64,000 nt of DNA from Orbicella franksi. Its lineage: Eukaryota. Positions 13,701 to 26,503 of this stretch are shown piece by piece. The notes beneath the pieces were generated by a model. The model saw only the letters and a program-made list of their open reading frames with translations. It did not search any database and was not told the DNA's origin. Position 1 is the first letter of the stretch, and each line of letters opens with the position of its first letter. The stretch is taken from the NCBI GenBank assembly GCA_964199315.1, contig OZ116698.1, positions 7,750,001 to 7,814,000 on the forward strand, given 5' to 3'. The translations under genes were made by a program, and so were the position numbers.

Positions 13701-16015
13701 ATTAGCCAGAGTGTAAAAACTTGAAAATGTCATTTCTCGTGACTCTTTCCTATACCTTTTGGTGATATATGAAAATAACATTTTTAAAATAACTGGTAAT
13801 ACTACTGTTCATGTAATTGCATAACAATGTACAAGCACTAATATATGTAGTGTAAGAAGATTTTAGGTCAATTTTAAAACTGACGTTCAGATCAAGATGA
13901 TGGGATACACTTAAATAAAAGTTGAATAGGCATCCCAAATCTGAGCATGCTGGAAAGGCCATGTCAGTGACAGAGTCTCCTCTTGGATTGACAGGCCTTA
14001 GTAAGTATGAAATAGCCAAGAAAAGTTAGCCATTTACAACACAATAAATCTTTGTTTGTTTTGTAAATCCTGTATAATCCACCTTGATCACCTAGAACAT
14101 AGTGTGCACTAGCACTTTTTAAAGTTTTAAACCCTAGTTAGTGTCTCAGGACTTATTAGATGAGACTCGACTCTGATTCTAATTTTCTGGTAACCCTAGC
14201 ATGAGGAAATCAAGTTGTGTCACAATTACAAATTCCAGAAACTAAGACAAGAAACATATCAAGGAAAACTCCATGCTTCATAAATTTATTGTAACTAACC
14301 CCAGCATATAATTTTATACAGTACATGCATTATTTGGAAGGAAATAAAAACTAACACACTCTCAGTCAGCTTAATATAAATAATTAAGGAAAACAATATA
14401 AACCCCTTGATCTATCAAATCCAAATTTGGTAGACTTTCTGTCAACTCGTATTAGCGAGTGGCTAGTTAGCTGGTAATAAACTTGGCGGAAACTAATATA
14501 TCTTCCAAGTAATCTAACAAAGATGTCGCATAGTTTCTAGAATTTATTAAATACAACTTCAGGCATCATAAATATTAGCCTGCGAGTGTGCCTAGATTGC
14601 ACAGTGGGACGAAACGAACGAAGAGAAAAGCTCAAAACAAGAGGCAAAATGCAAACAAAGGCTCTTCCTTCGATCAAATGTAAACAATCCATGGTTGTTG
14701 TCACAAACACAGGCGAGAAGGCTTCAAATATTTAAAACTACTTGACAGTGGCGAAACTAACAACGTAATTGCCCGAAAATCTCTCAGCCATCACAAGGAA
14801 ACGATTTAAACAATGCCCTAACTTTTACGAATGGTTAACGGCGACAAGTAAATGAAAAATTAAGTCCCAAAGGGTGACGATTAAATACTTAAACAATGTT
14901 CAAGTGTGTTGCGATACGCACCAAGTAGCATATTCGCGACTGAAAAATATCCCGAGTATGATAGCTAAAGGTTATTGTAAACTTTGAACTCTAAAGTAAT
15001 GAATTTTTGCTTCTTTGTTACTTAAGAAAGTCGTGATTTGTTTCCGAAACGCAGACGAGAATTTTTCAATTCCTTCAAAAATGACAGCCATTCCACAACA
15101 CGGAATATCAAGCTGAACTTATCAAAAATATAGCGTGGTTTAGAGTTGTCAATTGGTAATAGTAGATCGACCGGATTGCGCTGTGTTGTGTGTACTATTC
15201 CGTACAAATACAAAGCTGTCCAAAAGAAATACGTCAGTATAATAACAACACGATGAGCTCAGAGCTTATTTTTCACAGGTAGTGTACTGTTTAGTCAGGG
15301 TTTATCTCGCCGCAAATTTACCGACTATTAGAGGAAATGACCAAACATTTTAATCCAAATCAACGACTTCATCTTAACTGCTTGCCTCTAAACCACAGAA
15401 AAAGTGGTACTCCAAAATAACATGACAAGTTCTCATGAACAGAGGAGGAAACTTTGCCCTGTCAAGAGAAATGAACAAGTGTCATTTCTCGAAGCAACGA
15501 AATGCTTGTTGGCTGGTGAACAAGTTGTCAAGGAATGCCATTTAGGATTATTGTATCTGCCATCTAAAAGAACAATTTATATACTTACAGGGCGTATCTT
15601 CCGATACCCTAGCATTGAGGTCTTGCAAATCATCGTGCAAATCTTGAAGTTTAGCAGTAGCCTCTTTCAAAATTGAGTTGCACTGCGCGATAGTCTTCTT
15701 GTCAGTGGCTACTTTCTTCAAGTTTTCTGCTCCTTCTTTTAACTTAAGCTGCTTGCGAATTTCGCTTTTTATTGCCTCCTTGGATTGTTCAAGATCTGTC
15801 TTCAAAAGCGTTTCCGAGCCAGCTCTCTGCATTTTGGCGTGATAGTCGTCTGATCTGCTAGTTCGTCTGTTTCGACCTCCATCATACTGCAAGATATGAA
15901 GATAGTTGTAAACCCAAGGTTTGGCATCAAAAATCAACGCAAAAACACGCCAAATACATAAAATTTTCGACCACTGTTACGATCGTCTCACCATTATGAC
16001 TCCTCCCTGACTCAT
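1799..16015 (-). CDS. PKN: Protein kinase N (PKN1/2/3 family), 5' part; kinase domain lies beyond the left edge of the window
   Basis: Phase-consistent exons 16015-15992 (MSQGGVIM), 15886-15589 (HR1a, [15 protein letters not shown]), 12907-12432 (HR1b/c, [16 protein letters not shown]; [14 protein letters not shown]), 11157-10939 ([11 protein letters not shown]), 10131-9963, 9830-9721 (VCAVLKLDN), 9294-9151 ([21 protein letters not shown]), 3089-3014 ([10 protein letters not shown]), 1937-~1799 ([20 protein letters not shown]). The donor of the last exon is uncertain (possible AG|GCAAGT). Confidence 0.95.
4248..6077 (-). CDS. Unassigned 609-codon S/R/K-rich ORF inside the PKN intron 9150-3090, same strand as PKN (alternative exon or nested gene)
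   Basis: 1.83 kb uninterrupted frame in AT-rich DNA, with internal repeats PPFRTGKY(I/T)P x2 and RP(R/K)S(S/A)(A/I)(M/L)EN x3. No recognisable domain. Confidence 0.5.
   Translation of the reverse strand: MNYRRDGQDIVGKEQNGFHYQTRLGITSRKIEKIYEQWSKELAKHDYGGVKSRKDEKFLVKSEWKSSRKENICVNSNEQEIMSKKTFRPGGFSGKYSVEDKKLPPFRTGKYIPKDDVYSCGVFVQNDRPVALSSKSKEGSDKVVSGSPPPFRTGKYTPNDNTIYVKSPEKLSTQGTSPSQGSPTHRSRRASCDRIMSKCDGYFSSGRKSPGSPRNRTRTKSPSNEGGKTSSLEQISHTSGSDSQAKLRSRSQISQSAEIVGKNIKSRPRSSAMENYVNSRARTRSENMLSVKTAQRPKSSILENSTHRFKAIVRDIDVGSAEKSKPATRTQNRPRSAAMENPLSNRLPMKIVTNTKGQASLGKNLVVLDRSPSRESNRYLRKGSDSSERGHQRSKTTTSITSSCSERTYNAVKPRKPRRVLHRNAAYVKPRKNRNYKPVERKQGSSRKKSARASKQEKLSPETVDGCIPEKPSASQRTFVFSLFTDKFCMRTKRGNGQFGIPTIKRYRVMVWKIKRISYLLYEKVLIVYYFTSWSVACSRFNLFRNNVEQGLAKSDFLMIAYQMGFEQHISPLEHLQIFHLILNYYCKVLAFFLVCFCCVKFFFSFCLS
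12050..12154. mobile_element. Short MITE, same family as 25554-25796
   Basis: TIR GGCTGGGTTGTT...AACAACCCAGCC. Confidence 0.7.
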
Positions 16016-16760
16016 TCTACTCTGATGGAGTCGAAGAAACGCCGGCAATTCTGCAACAGTCTTGAGTCGAGTTGTTGAACTCAACCATGACCGGCCATAG
16101 CTTGTCGGCAAAGCCAAAGTAAACAACGATACAACCACTTGGAGACCGAGCAACGGCCAAGAATAAAGAACTAGGGCAAGGTATAGACTCTAATCTTTGT
16201 TATGGAGGATCTACAATGACTCAAGGAGCTACGGGGAACAAAAAATTGACTAAAAATAGAAAAGAATCGTTGAAAAATTTCGGATACCAGAGTCAGGTAA
16301 CAACCGAAGAAGCTTGTTCGCAGCGCGAAATGTTTGTTGGGACGGCCTCCAAACTCACACGTGACTTGACAGCATTACTGAAATACTCTGCAAATTTCGC
16401 GGTATTTCTAAACAAGGAGGAAATAAAATTAGTGTTTACTTCACGTTTTGTCTCATTTAGGGCAACTTCGTTCTAAAGTATCAAATTCAATCTCATTCAG
16501 CGAGGTAAAAATGGCTCGAAGTTCGTAGATTTGGAGTCGCGATGGATTGAACAATGTTGTGGTAAACCGCTGCCCAATACAGACCTAAAACGCGCCAAAA
16601 TTTGAGGTTGTGAAAGTGGTAATCAAAAACAGATCGTGAGAGGGTCTTCTTCTCGCCAAAGTCAACTTTCTCACTGTTGCAACTAATGATTTTCGCCCGT
16701 GATATATTTCAAAACCATTCCAGCAATTAACTGATGTAGCTGAACTCAATTAGCTTCAAA

Positions 16761-18462
16761 ATGTGTGGGAGAACAGCTTGGTATGAGGAGCAGTTTGTCA
16801 TCACTGAAAATAGCAACTGGAAATTAAGTTATTTCCGAGCGAATCCACTGACCTTTGTTTTGTCAATAACTGTTTGCCATTGTTTTTTTATTCAGTACAC
16901 TCGCGCCCGATGAATTCCCAAAGGCATGCAGATACAAAGGGAAGGACGGCAAGATCCATGAGCCGACTTGGCGTAATGGCGGGGGAAAATATTATCCCTC
17001 CTACAATATCAGCCCGCAATCTTTCACGTGAGTAAGCTTATATCGATGTTGAACTGAAGCATGCCTTTTAATTTGTTTACTTTGTGTGTTATGAACGAAT
17101 TCACTTCTAAAAAATGTTAGGAATGTTGTTGCATGTAACTAAAGAGTTTTGTCACAGAACGAGGAAGTTTTCTATCTATATTTCCTCGATGTCCTGTGAA
17201 CTCCAGACCTTATAAGCTTATTAAAGTTTGATAATACTTCTTATGCCAATTGTTGTTCCTCGCCGCTCATGTTCCCTGTTCAGGGTGACAGCCAAAAAAT
17301 AGCAAAAAAAAAAAAAAAAATTAAGCAAGGGATCCTGTCCAAGTTTTCTTTATTATAATTTGTGCTAAAGAACCACCTCAGTAACTTCTCACCCTAGCCC
17401 CTATCTACCCATACCCCTTGCTACTAAAAACCCCTTTATCATGAACTGGAGCTGGCACACACCCAATAAAAAAAGTAGGAAGGAAACTGTATGACCAAAA
17501 TCACCATACTGTGCATATATTTCATATGCAAATTGCCCTTGTCACTTTCATGAGTACTTCCTGGAGCAATAACAGTAACCAGACATAACTAATTGCTGAC
17601 ATCAATGGCATCAATGATAAATCAATGGGTAATCACCCATATCAATGGATGTTCCACAAAATTTTTAGTCATTGATGTCATTGGTTAGTCATCAGGCATC
17701 TTCGAATGGAATAAAATCCATAAAATCTGCATGCAAATGCAACAAGTTTTGTTGATTTCAAACTTTATCATATTTAATCTCAACATTCTTTCCTGCCGGT
17801 GATGCCAATAATATGCTGGATTCCTCATGGCAGCCTCTCTGTCTTCTGTTGTTGAATCAAACTTTTAGTGTTAGGGACAGTTTACAGAGACTGAGATAGC
17901 ATATGCTACAAAACATTTGTTTGAAGTTACGAGTAGCTGCTGATACTTGCTTGCTCACTCTGAATAACTCTTATACATATCTGTGACCCCAAAATATATA
18001 TTATTTGTACTTCATCCATAGGCCAGTATTGTTGTCCAGCCAACATTTCAACAATGCAACCTCAGAGGACACATCTGAAAGAGTTCTGCAGCCCATGAGG
18101 TGGGGATTGATTCCATCATGGCACCGTGGAGACCCTAAAGAATTCAGCTACAACATGAGTAATGCCAGAAGTGATACTTTGTTGGACAAGAGATCATTCA
18201 AATTGCCATTAGAGAAGGGTAAAAGATGTGTTGTCTTGGCAGAAGGGTACTGTATCCTAGATTATACTGTAACTTAAAGATTTATGTGGCCTTATAAAAT
18301 GTATTTATAATTGACCAGTAGCAACTGGTTACTGGGACTTTAGTGGTCTATCAGGTTACATTGGTGCACACTCAAAGTGACTCTAGCAGATTATTTTTAT
18401 TCCCTGTTGGATTGGATGCACCACAGGCTTACCCTCCCCATGGCATAAATTTTGAGTTCCCT

Positions 18463-18521
<59 letters not shown>

Positions 18522-21500
18522 TTGAGCATATAATATACACGCCATTGAAAAGAGGCACTATGAGAGTAATGTGCCTGCCCTTGGAACACATAACCCTGCC
18601 TCAGGCTTTGAACCTGAATTGCAGAGCATTAGGCCACCCTGCCGTCCACCCATCACGATCACCAGCTGCTAAAACAGTGGACAGCCAGGGGGAACTCCCA
18701 TACAAAAAGGCCGAAGGTGCTGCTGGAAATTTCAAAAAGAACTCTTAAGAGGTAACAAGATAATGTTTTGTGAGTGTGGCTTGAAATTTATTTTACCTCT
18801 AGAAGATACCAATTCTAAAACTGCACATTGACTGACACTGACCTTTTTTGCTCAATACTTTAGAAGGTACCGCAAAAGCTCCAGCTGTGGATCTTTCAAG
18901 GTTGAATGCCCTAAGTGATACCAAAGCCAGTTTTTTAACCCCTAAAGGGTACAACAAGCAACCCTGTCGTTTTTATATGGGAGTTCCTCCCAGGCCATCC
19001 ACTGTTTTATCAGCAGGTGATCATGATGAGTTGCAGAAATCATGTCATAAATCTATCCATTTATCCCATTAGTTAGTCAGTTTGTCTTTCTGTCTGCCAG
19101 TCAGACAGTCAGTCAGTCAGTCAGTCAGAAAGTCAGACAGTCAGACAGTTAAGACAGTCATACAATCAGTCAGTTGATCAATCACACATTCATTCTTTTC
19201 TTAGTGGATTCATTTGTTTGTTGACTGGGTTATTCCCTTATGGGTTGGTTGGTTTATTTGTTTGTTTGTTCCTACATTCTTTCATAGCTGAGAATTTATC
19301 AACGATAGCATCTTATAAACAGACATCAGTCTATCAAAATTGTTTCAACAAAAAGTGCTGATGTGGGTAATACATTTCCACATCAGATTATTGTGTTAAT
19401 TCAAAAGGAGTAATATACATGTAATTGACTAATATATTACAGGTTCTTTGAGTGGGAGACATTGAAAGGAGGAAAGAAACAACCATATTACATCTACTTT
19501 AAGAAAGATGCAAAGGGAAAAATTAAAGAGGAAGATACTTCCAGCCATGAAGATGAAAGATTCCAAGAAAAAGATCCATCATCATGCAAGCCAGATGTAA
19601 AAAATGTCAACATTAAAGATGACTCAGTGGAATTGAGAAAAGTAAAAGAAGAGGATGTAGAACATTGTGGAGATAAACATCTCTTGACCATGGCAGGCTT
19701 GTTTGATTGCTGGCAGGCACCAAAGGTACAAATATATATTCAGAGATTAACTCATATTACAACTTGCAGTAATTAAGTAACTGCAGACATATTTACCTGG
19801 TTTGCTTAATACATAATTTGTATTTTAAAACTCTCCATGTAATTGTATTACATGTAAGTAGGAGGGCAATATTTTCAGAGGAAGAAAAGTTCTGCAGAGC
19901 TTCAATCTGTGATTGTTTATATAATTCACAGGGCAGTGCCAATGAAGGTGAAGAACTTTTTTCATACACTATTATCACAGTGGATGCAGCTCCATCTCTG
20001 AAATGGCTCCACAATAGAATGCCAGTAAGACTTGTATTCATCTGTTTGTGAGTTCATTACTTAGCTCTTATTAACCGAGCAGGAGGTCAGTTTGGGAGAA
20101 TCTTGACTGAAGTCGTGAGTACAGACCGAACGCAGTGAGGTCTGTACACACAACCGAAATCAAGATTCTCCCAGACAGACCAACTTAGCTCAGTTAATAA
20201 GATGTTCATTTATATGGCAACATAGTTAGTGGAGGGGACTAACTATGATGGCAAAGAAGAAACTTCAATTCGTTTAATGTAACTGGTTTGCACTAGCTGA
20301 CATTTTGCTTGCGAACAGCGATGAGCTTACCCCTTAAACCTGCCGAAATTTGCTCGTCCTCTCTACTTTTTTTTTGTCATCAGGCCTTTTGGCACTTCCA
20401 TAAATGACTGAGAAGAAAATAAAATGGTGAACATTTTTGTATTTTAGTTTGCTTCTTTTTCAACGCAAAATGACTAAACAGGTCTAGATGCCAGTCTAGA
20501 TGGGAAAATCTAGACCGTGGTCAATATTGATTTCAGCCAATCAAATTCGTGAATTTGGTGGTTCCCAGTCATTGTGAGACACAGCCGTATAATGAATGTA
20601 GAATATAAATTAGTAGGTTTATATGCTACAAGCATCTGGGAAAAAATATGTGATGTAGTATTTTATATTTAGCTCTTATTAACCGAGCTAAGTATGGGAG
20701 AATCTTGACCAAGGTTGTGAGTACAGACCGAACGCAGTGAGGAGATGTTGGTCTAGATGGGAAAATCTAGACCGCGGTCAATATCGATTTCAGCCAATCA
20801 AATTTGTGAATTCGGTAGTTCCCAGTCCTTGTGAGACACAGCCATATAATAATCAGTATTATTTCAGTAATTTGAGTTAATTATTTGCATTGTAATAATC
20901 ATTTCTCTGATATGGAACAAGACCTATGACCATATTTAAAAATCAAGTTATAATAATTGATTCATTTGTCCCTAGTTCTTTTTGGTTGTTTCTTTTTTTT
21001 CTTCAGTTTGTTCTTTAATTTGGTGTGTTTACAATATTACATTATTCTATTTTAATTATTAAATGTTTACTTATTTCAACACAAATCCATAGTTATCTTT
21101 TTAATTTTAAGGCTGTTCTACATGGTGAAGAAGAGGTCCGTCAGTGGTTAGAATGTGGAGAAGTCCCCTGGAAAAAGGTTGATAATCGTTTTTCTCTTGT
21201 GTTAATTTATATTTCAGCGTTGAAAGTGCTATAATTATAACCAAGGAAACATAATGTTATATCATTTACCAGATCTAGCTGGTCTAGAAAACATAAGTTG
21301 TCATTTTTTCAACAACTGGAAAGTTAATGAATAAAATTGGATAAATGAGCTTTATTTACCATGTCATGATTCAATCAATAGGCTCTAAACTTAGTCACAC
21401 CCAAGGACTGCTTGGAGTGGCATCCAGTCTCCATGATGGTCAACAACTCTAGGAATAAATCACCAGAGTGTATCAAGCCAATTGACTTGTGAGTAATGAG

Positions 21501-22638
21501 TTTTATTATAATTAACCCATTGACTCCTGTGCCACCCGTAACCGGCCGTGACGAGCCTTGGCCTTTGTTCCACTTCTGACGTCATCACCTTTGACCAAAA
21601 TTGGCATCATCTATACTCAACTTCTGCAGGAGGAAAAGATCTTTCCAATGATAGGTACCCAGATCAGAGTGATCAGCTCAATGGAGCCTGAAATGTGCAT
21701 GAAAATGCTCAAAAATTTGAGCAAAAAACTCAGAGCAAAATTTCCTGCGACTACACATGGTAAAAATTGCCTGTCTCAATGATGCTTTCTCAGAATGTTT
21801 TTGAACTGGAAGCAAGCCCAGTAAAAGGTCAATCACTGCAGCAAAAAGATAAGAAAAGGAGAAAAAGGAAAGACAAAAAAAGACAAAAAAAATTACAAAA
21901 AGTAAAAACCTTAAAGAGGTAGGTCACTTCCTGATCCAAAAACTCTCAAAATTTTGATTTCTGTAAAACGCGATGCTAGTAGAAAGAAAGGCATACTGCC
22001 ATGTTGCAAATGCCTTTTTGAGTAGTTTGGAGCTAATCTGATCCATATCCAGCCTGAAAATCTCCAAAATGTCCAAAAAATGCGTTTTTGGCAAAAAGCT
22101 CTGGGAGTCAATGCATTAAATTCTTACAATACAATTTATAATCATATACAGCTTCCTGGGGGTTACTTGTATAATGTAATGTTACTGGGTATAGTCCACT
22201 AAGTAAATAGACTAGCTGGGGAGACAACCAATGGAAACGGTTTAAACTTTTTAATCAGTGGCCTGCAACCTGCTCATTCTGGACACATCATGTGCCACAT
22301 CTCATATAGATTACGAAAATCACATTGGATTTCAGAGCTTTCGGAGCTTTATCAGCTCTCTTCACTTCTGAACATTAACAACCTGTATTTGTATTATGCT
22401 GATGTCACTTCCAGGAACAGACCTTCTACTTTGGTAGTTGAAAACAAAGCATTTTTTCTCATAATTTTGTTGTGTAACTTTTGAATGATGGTGTTTTTCC
22501 AGAACTCAAAAAACAGAGAAGCCAGTTGCTGGCACATTGCTGTCATATTTCAAGAGATCACCCAAAAAAGGAGAGAAAACTTCAAGTAAAGAAGAGCCAT
22601 CAGAAGAACCATCTCAAAAGAAGACAAGACTCCAGTAA
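16761..22638 (+). CDS. HMCES: HMCES / SRAP-domain abasic-site processing protein
   Basis: Exons 16761-16780 (MCGRTAC, N-terminal catalytic Cys), 16896-17027 (PSYNISPQ), 18022-18246 (PMRWGLIPSW, NARSDT, RCVVLAEG), 19443-19725 (FFEW..KQPYYIYF..LLTMAGLFDCW), 19932-20024 (FSYTIITVD..HNRMP), 21112-21177, 21382-21488 (HPVSMMVNNSRNKSPECI), 22503-22638 (TAA stop). All phases are consistent. Confidence 0.95.
18463..18650 (-). mobile_element. Degenerate tRNA-derived SINE with (TTTA)n tail
   Basis: Reverse strand reads GGTGGCCTAATG..GGTTCAAAGCC..TTACTCTCATAGTGCCTC, followed by a (AAAT)n array at 18463-18520. Confidence 0.55.
18685..18994. mobile_element. MITE
   Basis: TIR GGG(G/A)GGAACTCCCATA...TATGGGAGTTCCTCCC. 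Confidence 0.65.
20062..20852 (+). repeat. Two tandem copies of a non-autonomous element (full 20062-20595; internally deleted 20670-20852)
   Basis: Shared TAGCTCTTATTAACCGAGC..GTACAGACCGAACGCAGTGAGG start and shared TCTAGATGGGAAAATCTAGACC..CAGCCAATCAAAT..GAGACACAGCC end. The first copy has an internal palindrome. Confidence 0.75.
21516..22115. mobile_element. piggyBac-like non-autonomous element, 600 bp
   Basis: TTAA|CCCATTGACTCC ... GGAGTCAATGCA|TTAA: TIRs flanked by TTAA. Confidence 0.7.
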
Positions 22639-24378
22639 AATTTGTAGTTTGTATCAAAATAATAGCTTGGTGTTACTCATGAACATAACCACCATGTACT
22701 GTAAGAGGTCTTTTTCCTGTGAAATTATTTTTAACAAAATCCAAAACCACTGGATTATCCATCTGATATCCAAGTAAATAAATTTATTCAATTAGATCTC
22801 TGATAAATACACATGTAGCATTATAAGCCTTCTGTCTTAGTTCATCCGAAACCACATGTACGTGAAAGTTTCCTCAATAAAGATTATTATTAGTCTGGTT
22901 CCTGATGGATGGGTAGTTTTCTAAGGTCAGATAATCCAGTGTTAGTTTACATTATTTTTGGCCATAACTTTAAATCTGTCTCCAGATTAATATCTGCATG
23001 GACAGGAAATCCCTTAAAAGGAGAAAATTCATCCAAGTTAAATTTGGCATTGTTAATCGTTCCTTAATGAGAGTTTCAGATTAAGGGCTTTCTGATAAGT
23101 TTGATTGAAATTATTTCCTCATGGAATGTTCAAATTTGTTTTTCTGGGTGGCTGCAAATTCTTAACATCAATTTTTCACTTTCACTTGAAAATAATCTGT
23201 TTCATTGGCAGAATGCAGTGAAAATCATGAGGGAATAGTTGACACCACATGATCAAAGACAATAAATGTAATTTATAATATTAATAATTATTATTATTGT
23301 TAGGTCTATAAATACCTTGTTCAAGGTGGGGGGTAATTTGCAGTTCAATTTTGGAGGATGGGAAGTGAAATTTTGTAAACCAGTTTGATATTGAAGTTTT
23401 TTGTTTGAGATTATGAAAGTGATTGTCAGACACAGGGAAATACCTGAATAAGGTGCAAGCAAACTGGACTGAAAGTTTCAAACAGCTAACATGTGATTTA
23501 CTGTTGTCCAGGGCTGTCTAGAGAAGTGAGCTGTGATGGCAAATTTAAATCATTTACCCTGTCATCTCAGCTATTCTTCTGATTATTTAGGAAAGATTTC
23601 AAAATCAACCACATACTCCAAGGTAATAGCCTCCCACTTTAACACTTTGTGGCAACCCTGAGGCATCATACAAAATTTGCTCTGGAAGACCTTGGTTAGT
23701 GAGAGATTCTTTTATCAGTTATGTAATCTATTCTGAAGGCATTTGTTTTAAAAAGCATTTACCTTGTTACACAGTACTATTTCCACAGGATACATTATTT
23801 GTACTACACATTTAAGACATGGGAAAGTTGCACAATTCTGCAGAAGTCAGATTTATTATTTAACTACTCATTTGGTATTTTTATTTTTTCATTCTGATCG
23901 GTATTATTTACAGCAAGTGTATTGATCAAGAGTTAAAAGAGACCAAAAATTATGCGGAGTTAATGTTATGAAAAATGTAATTAAATTACATTTGTTTTGA
24001 GCAGTTTTGTTGTGTTGAGAAAGAGATAAGATGTCATATCACAGGCCATTTTGACATTCTGCTGAGTTTTAAGGTTGACAATAATTGTACTTTGAAATTC
24101 CCAGGATTGTATAATGTTGTTATAAAGTCTAGTAACAATCTTGCAGATATCTCTGTTGCTATTTAAAGAGTAAAGATTTGAAAGCTTTATACAGAACAGG
24201 CAGTGTCAACTCAATGTTTGTCCACCAGACCTGTGATCTTCATCACAATAGATACATGCAAGAGAATTATAGGACTTTGCCTTAAACCACAACATTAAAA
24301 AACTATTTGCAAGGGTTGTAAACTGTTAATTTTTCACTCTTTAAGTTAAAAATGCAATCAGGGTCAATTTATTAGTAT

Positions 24379-26503
24379 TTAGCTTTTAGCAGGTTCGTAT
24401 ATTCCATGGCCAAAGGCTCCTTGGCGTGAAGTGCTGTCTGTCGCGTGATGTTCAAAAGCACTCTCTTTGGCTTTGTCTGATCTAAAGGTGCTGAGAAAAG
24501 CTGGGATCTGTGAAGATAAAACAAAATGTGACTCAAGGATAGCTGGTCTCTGTATAGCTGCTGGTTTAGCTAAGAGGAAACCTGAGTATATAATCCTTGA
24601 AACTACATAATTTGTAAGTGTAATAAATTACCTTTTGAAACTTTGGCATTTGCCACAGTGGAGCTGGATCAACAGGAGGTTGATATTTTCGGAGCAGTGA
24701 AGTCCTTGTCTCATAGATGGTCTTATCAACGTGTCTCTAAAGATCAGATGAAAACTTTGTGTTAATATAGAACAGGTGCATCTGGCATTAACAGTACCTA
24801 ATTCACAGTCTATCAGCAGCATGTATTACCTTTTGCTCTTGTCTAGCTCTTGTGGCCTCCTCAGCTTTACGTCTTTCCTCTAACCAACGGTCCTGGTATT
24901 TGTGTCCCAGGAGATCATAAACTGGAGTTGAAGGCCTGGCCAAAAAACAACAACAATATTATTAACACAACTTTTGGACTAACTGCTAGACAATGAATGA
25001 TTCAAAATGGTTAATTTTACATCAGAATCATAAAAATGCCTCTGAGATCTTGATTAATAGCTTACTTTGTAGGAATTCCGAATACCATTGTAGGCGGTAT
25101 CCGTTTGACCTTTAGTGATGTCTTCTCATTGCCAGAATCTTTTCTCCTCATGTCATGAGTCGCACGATACTGAAAATGTTCCTGAGCTGTTGTGAGACCT
25201 GCTTGAACTGCTCCCTTGTTTAAGCCAATAAAATCTCTTGGTGCCTTTTTCTCTTTCAGATAAAGTGGAGCAAGAGGAGCTGATCTCCATACTAGAGCTA
25301 AAAGAAGAGATACAAATGTACTTATATTTCATTAAAATTTCATGCCCGTAATAATAATTTAAAAAGAAAGAAAGGAAAAAGAAATCTGCACTCACCATCA
25401 GCAGCACCACTGTCCTTCCCTTCATTTGGTTTTCCATAAGTGAACCCATCAGCGGGTAGGGTGAAGCAGCGTCTTAGTGGCCTCCCAAGTTCAGACTATA
25501 CAGTATAAAACAATATTAATATAGATTTAGCCAAGCCTAAAAGTGGAGCTCCTGGGCTGGGTTGTTCAAAACCCGATTAAGCTAACCCAGTATAAGTGAG
25601 AATTTCAATTTCGGAGTTTTGTAACTTTATGGTGAGGTTTTCTGTATATATTTTTTGGCCTTCTGTTTTGAGTTTGAATAATCTCAAAATACACAAAACA
25701 AAAGCAGTGAAAAATATTTGTATACAAGAAAAATTTAGACTTCAATTAACTTTTAATCCTGGGTTAGCATTAACTGGCTTCCAAACAACCCAGCCCTGTT
25801 TAACAAGTTAACCTGGCATGAGCCCGCGATGCAATCAAAAACCAGAACTTGGTCAGCGGTCAATGTGTGGTCACTTGATACTGGTCAGCAAATACCTCGT
25901 TTTGACGGGTGTCAATTGACCATAACATGGATGTCCAATATCAAAAAAGGATGCTATAAACCAAGGGTGAATGTCTGTGTCAACTTATTAGCTAGAGTAT
26001 GGCCACCATCTTGGGCAACTCTGTCAATGCTGTTATGCACCATGTGCCCACGAGAAATATCGCTAGCCATGATAACCAAGAGAAAATCAATTCATGGGTT
26101 TCCTCTTCTTTCCTATATGAGTATGGGGTTCTGCCAGAGCTGTGCTATAACAGTAACATTCCATTGGAAGTAGCAACACAAGAAATCCAGGAAAATCAAC
26201 TGATTATTTTATTACTTCAGGGCTATATATATTAAAAAAAAAAAACTAAACAAATACACGGTATGAAAGAAATACTGCTGCTGCTGTTTCTTTTTTCTGA
26301 AATTGCTTTGGTAAGAATTTTTTCTCACTGTAGTCCTGATCGATTTATAAAGTCTTAAATCCCCATTACTTTTAAACTGGAATTGCCCCCCACCACCCCC
26401 TGCGAGGTCAGGAAATGTGAGGCTTGTTTCTTACCTTTTGTAGAAGTGGATTGTTTAGCAGCGATTCTCGTTGAACACCCAATGTTACGTATTCTCTGCT
26501 CAT
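24379..26503 (-). CDS. CFAP77: Cilia- and flagella-associated protein 77 (about 246 aa)
   Basis: Exons 26503-26435 (LGVQRESLLNNPLLQK), 25495-25396 (ELGRPLRRCFTLP), 25297-25066 (RDFIGLNKGAVQAGLTTA), 24935-24830 (PSTPVYDLLGHKYQ), 24736-24632 (IYETRTSLLRKYQPPV..WQMPKFQK), 24507-24379 (RQGAFGHGIY). These match remembered human CFAP77 motifs. A probable 5'UTR exon ends at the donor near 27155. Confidence 0.9.
25554..25796. mobile_element. MITE in CFAP77 intron
   Basis: TIR GGGCTGGGTTGTT...AACAACCCAGCCC. Confidence 0.7.

Noticed and set aside
22415-22484. Alternative HMCES last exon
   Set aside because: Gives a hydrophobic tail with no homology; the 22503 acceptor gives the expected C-terminus.
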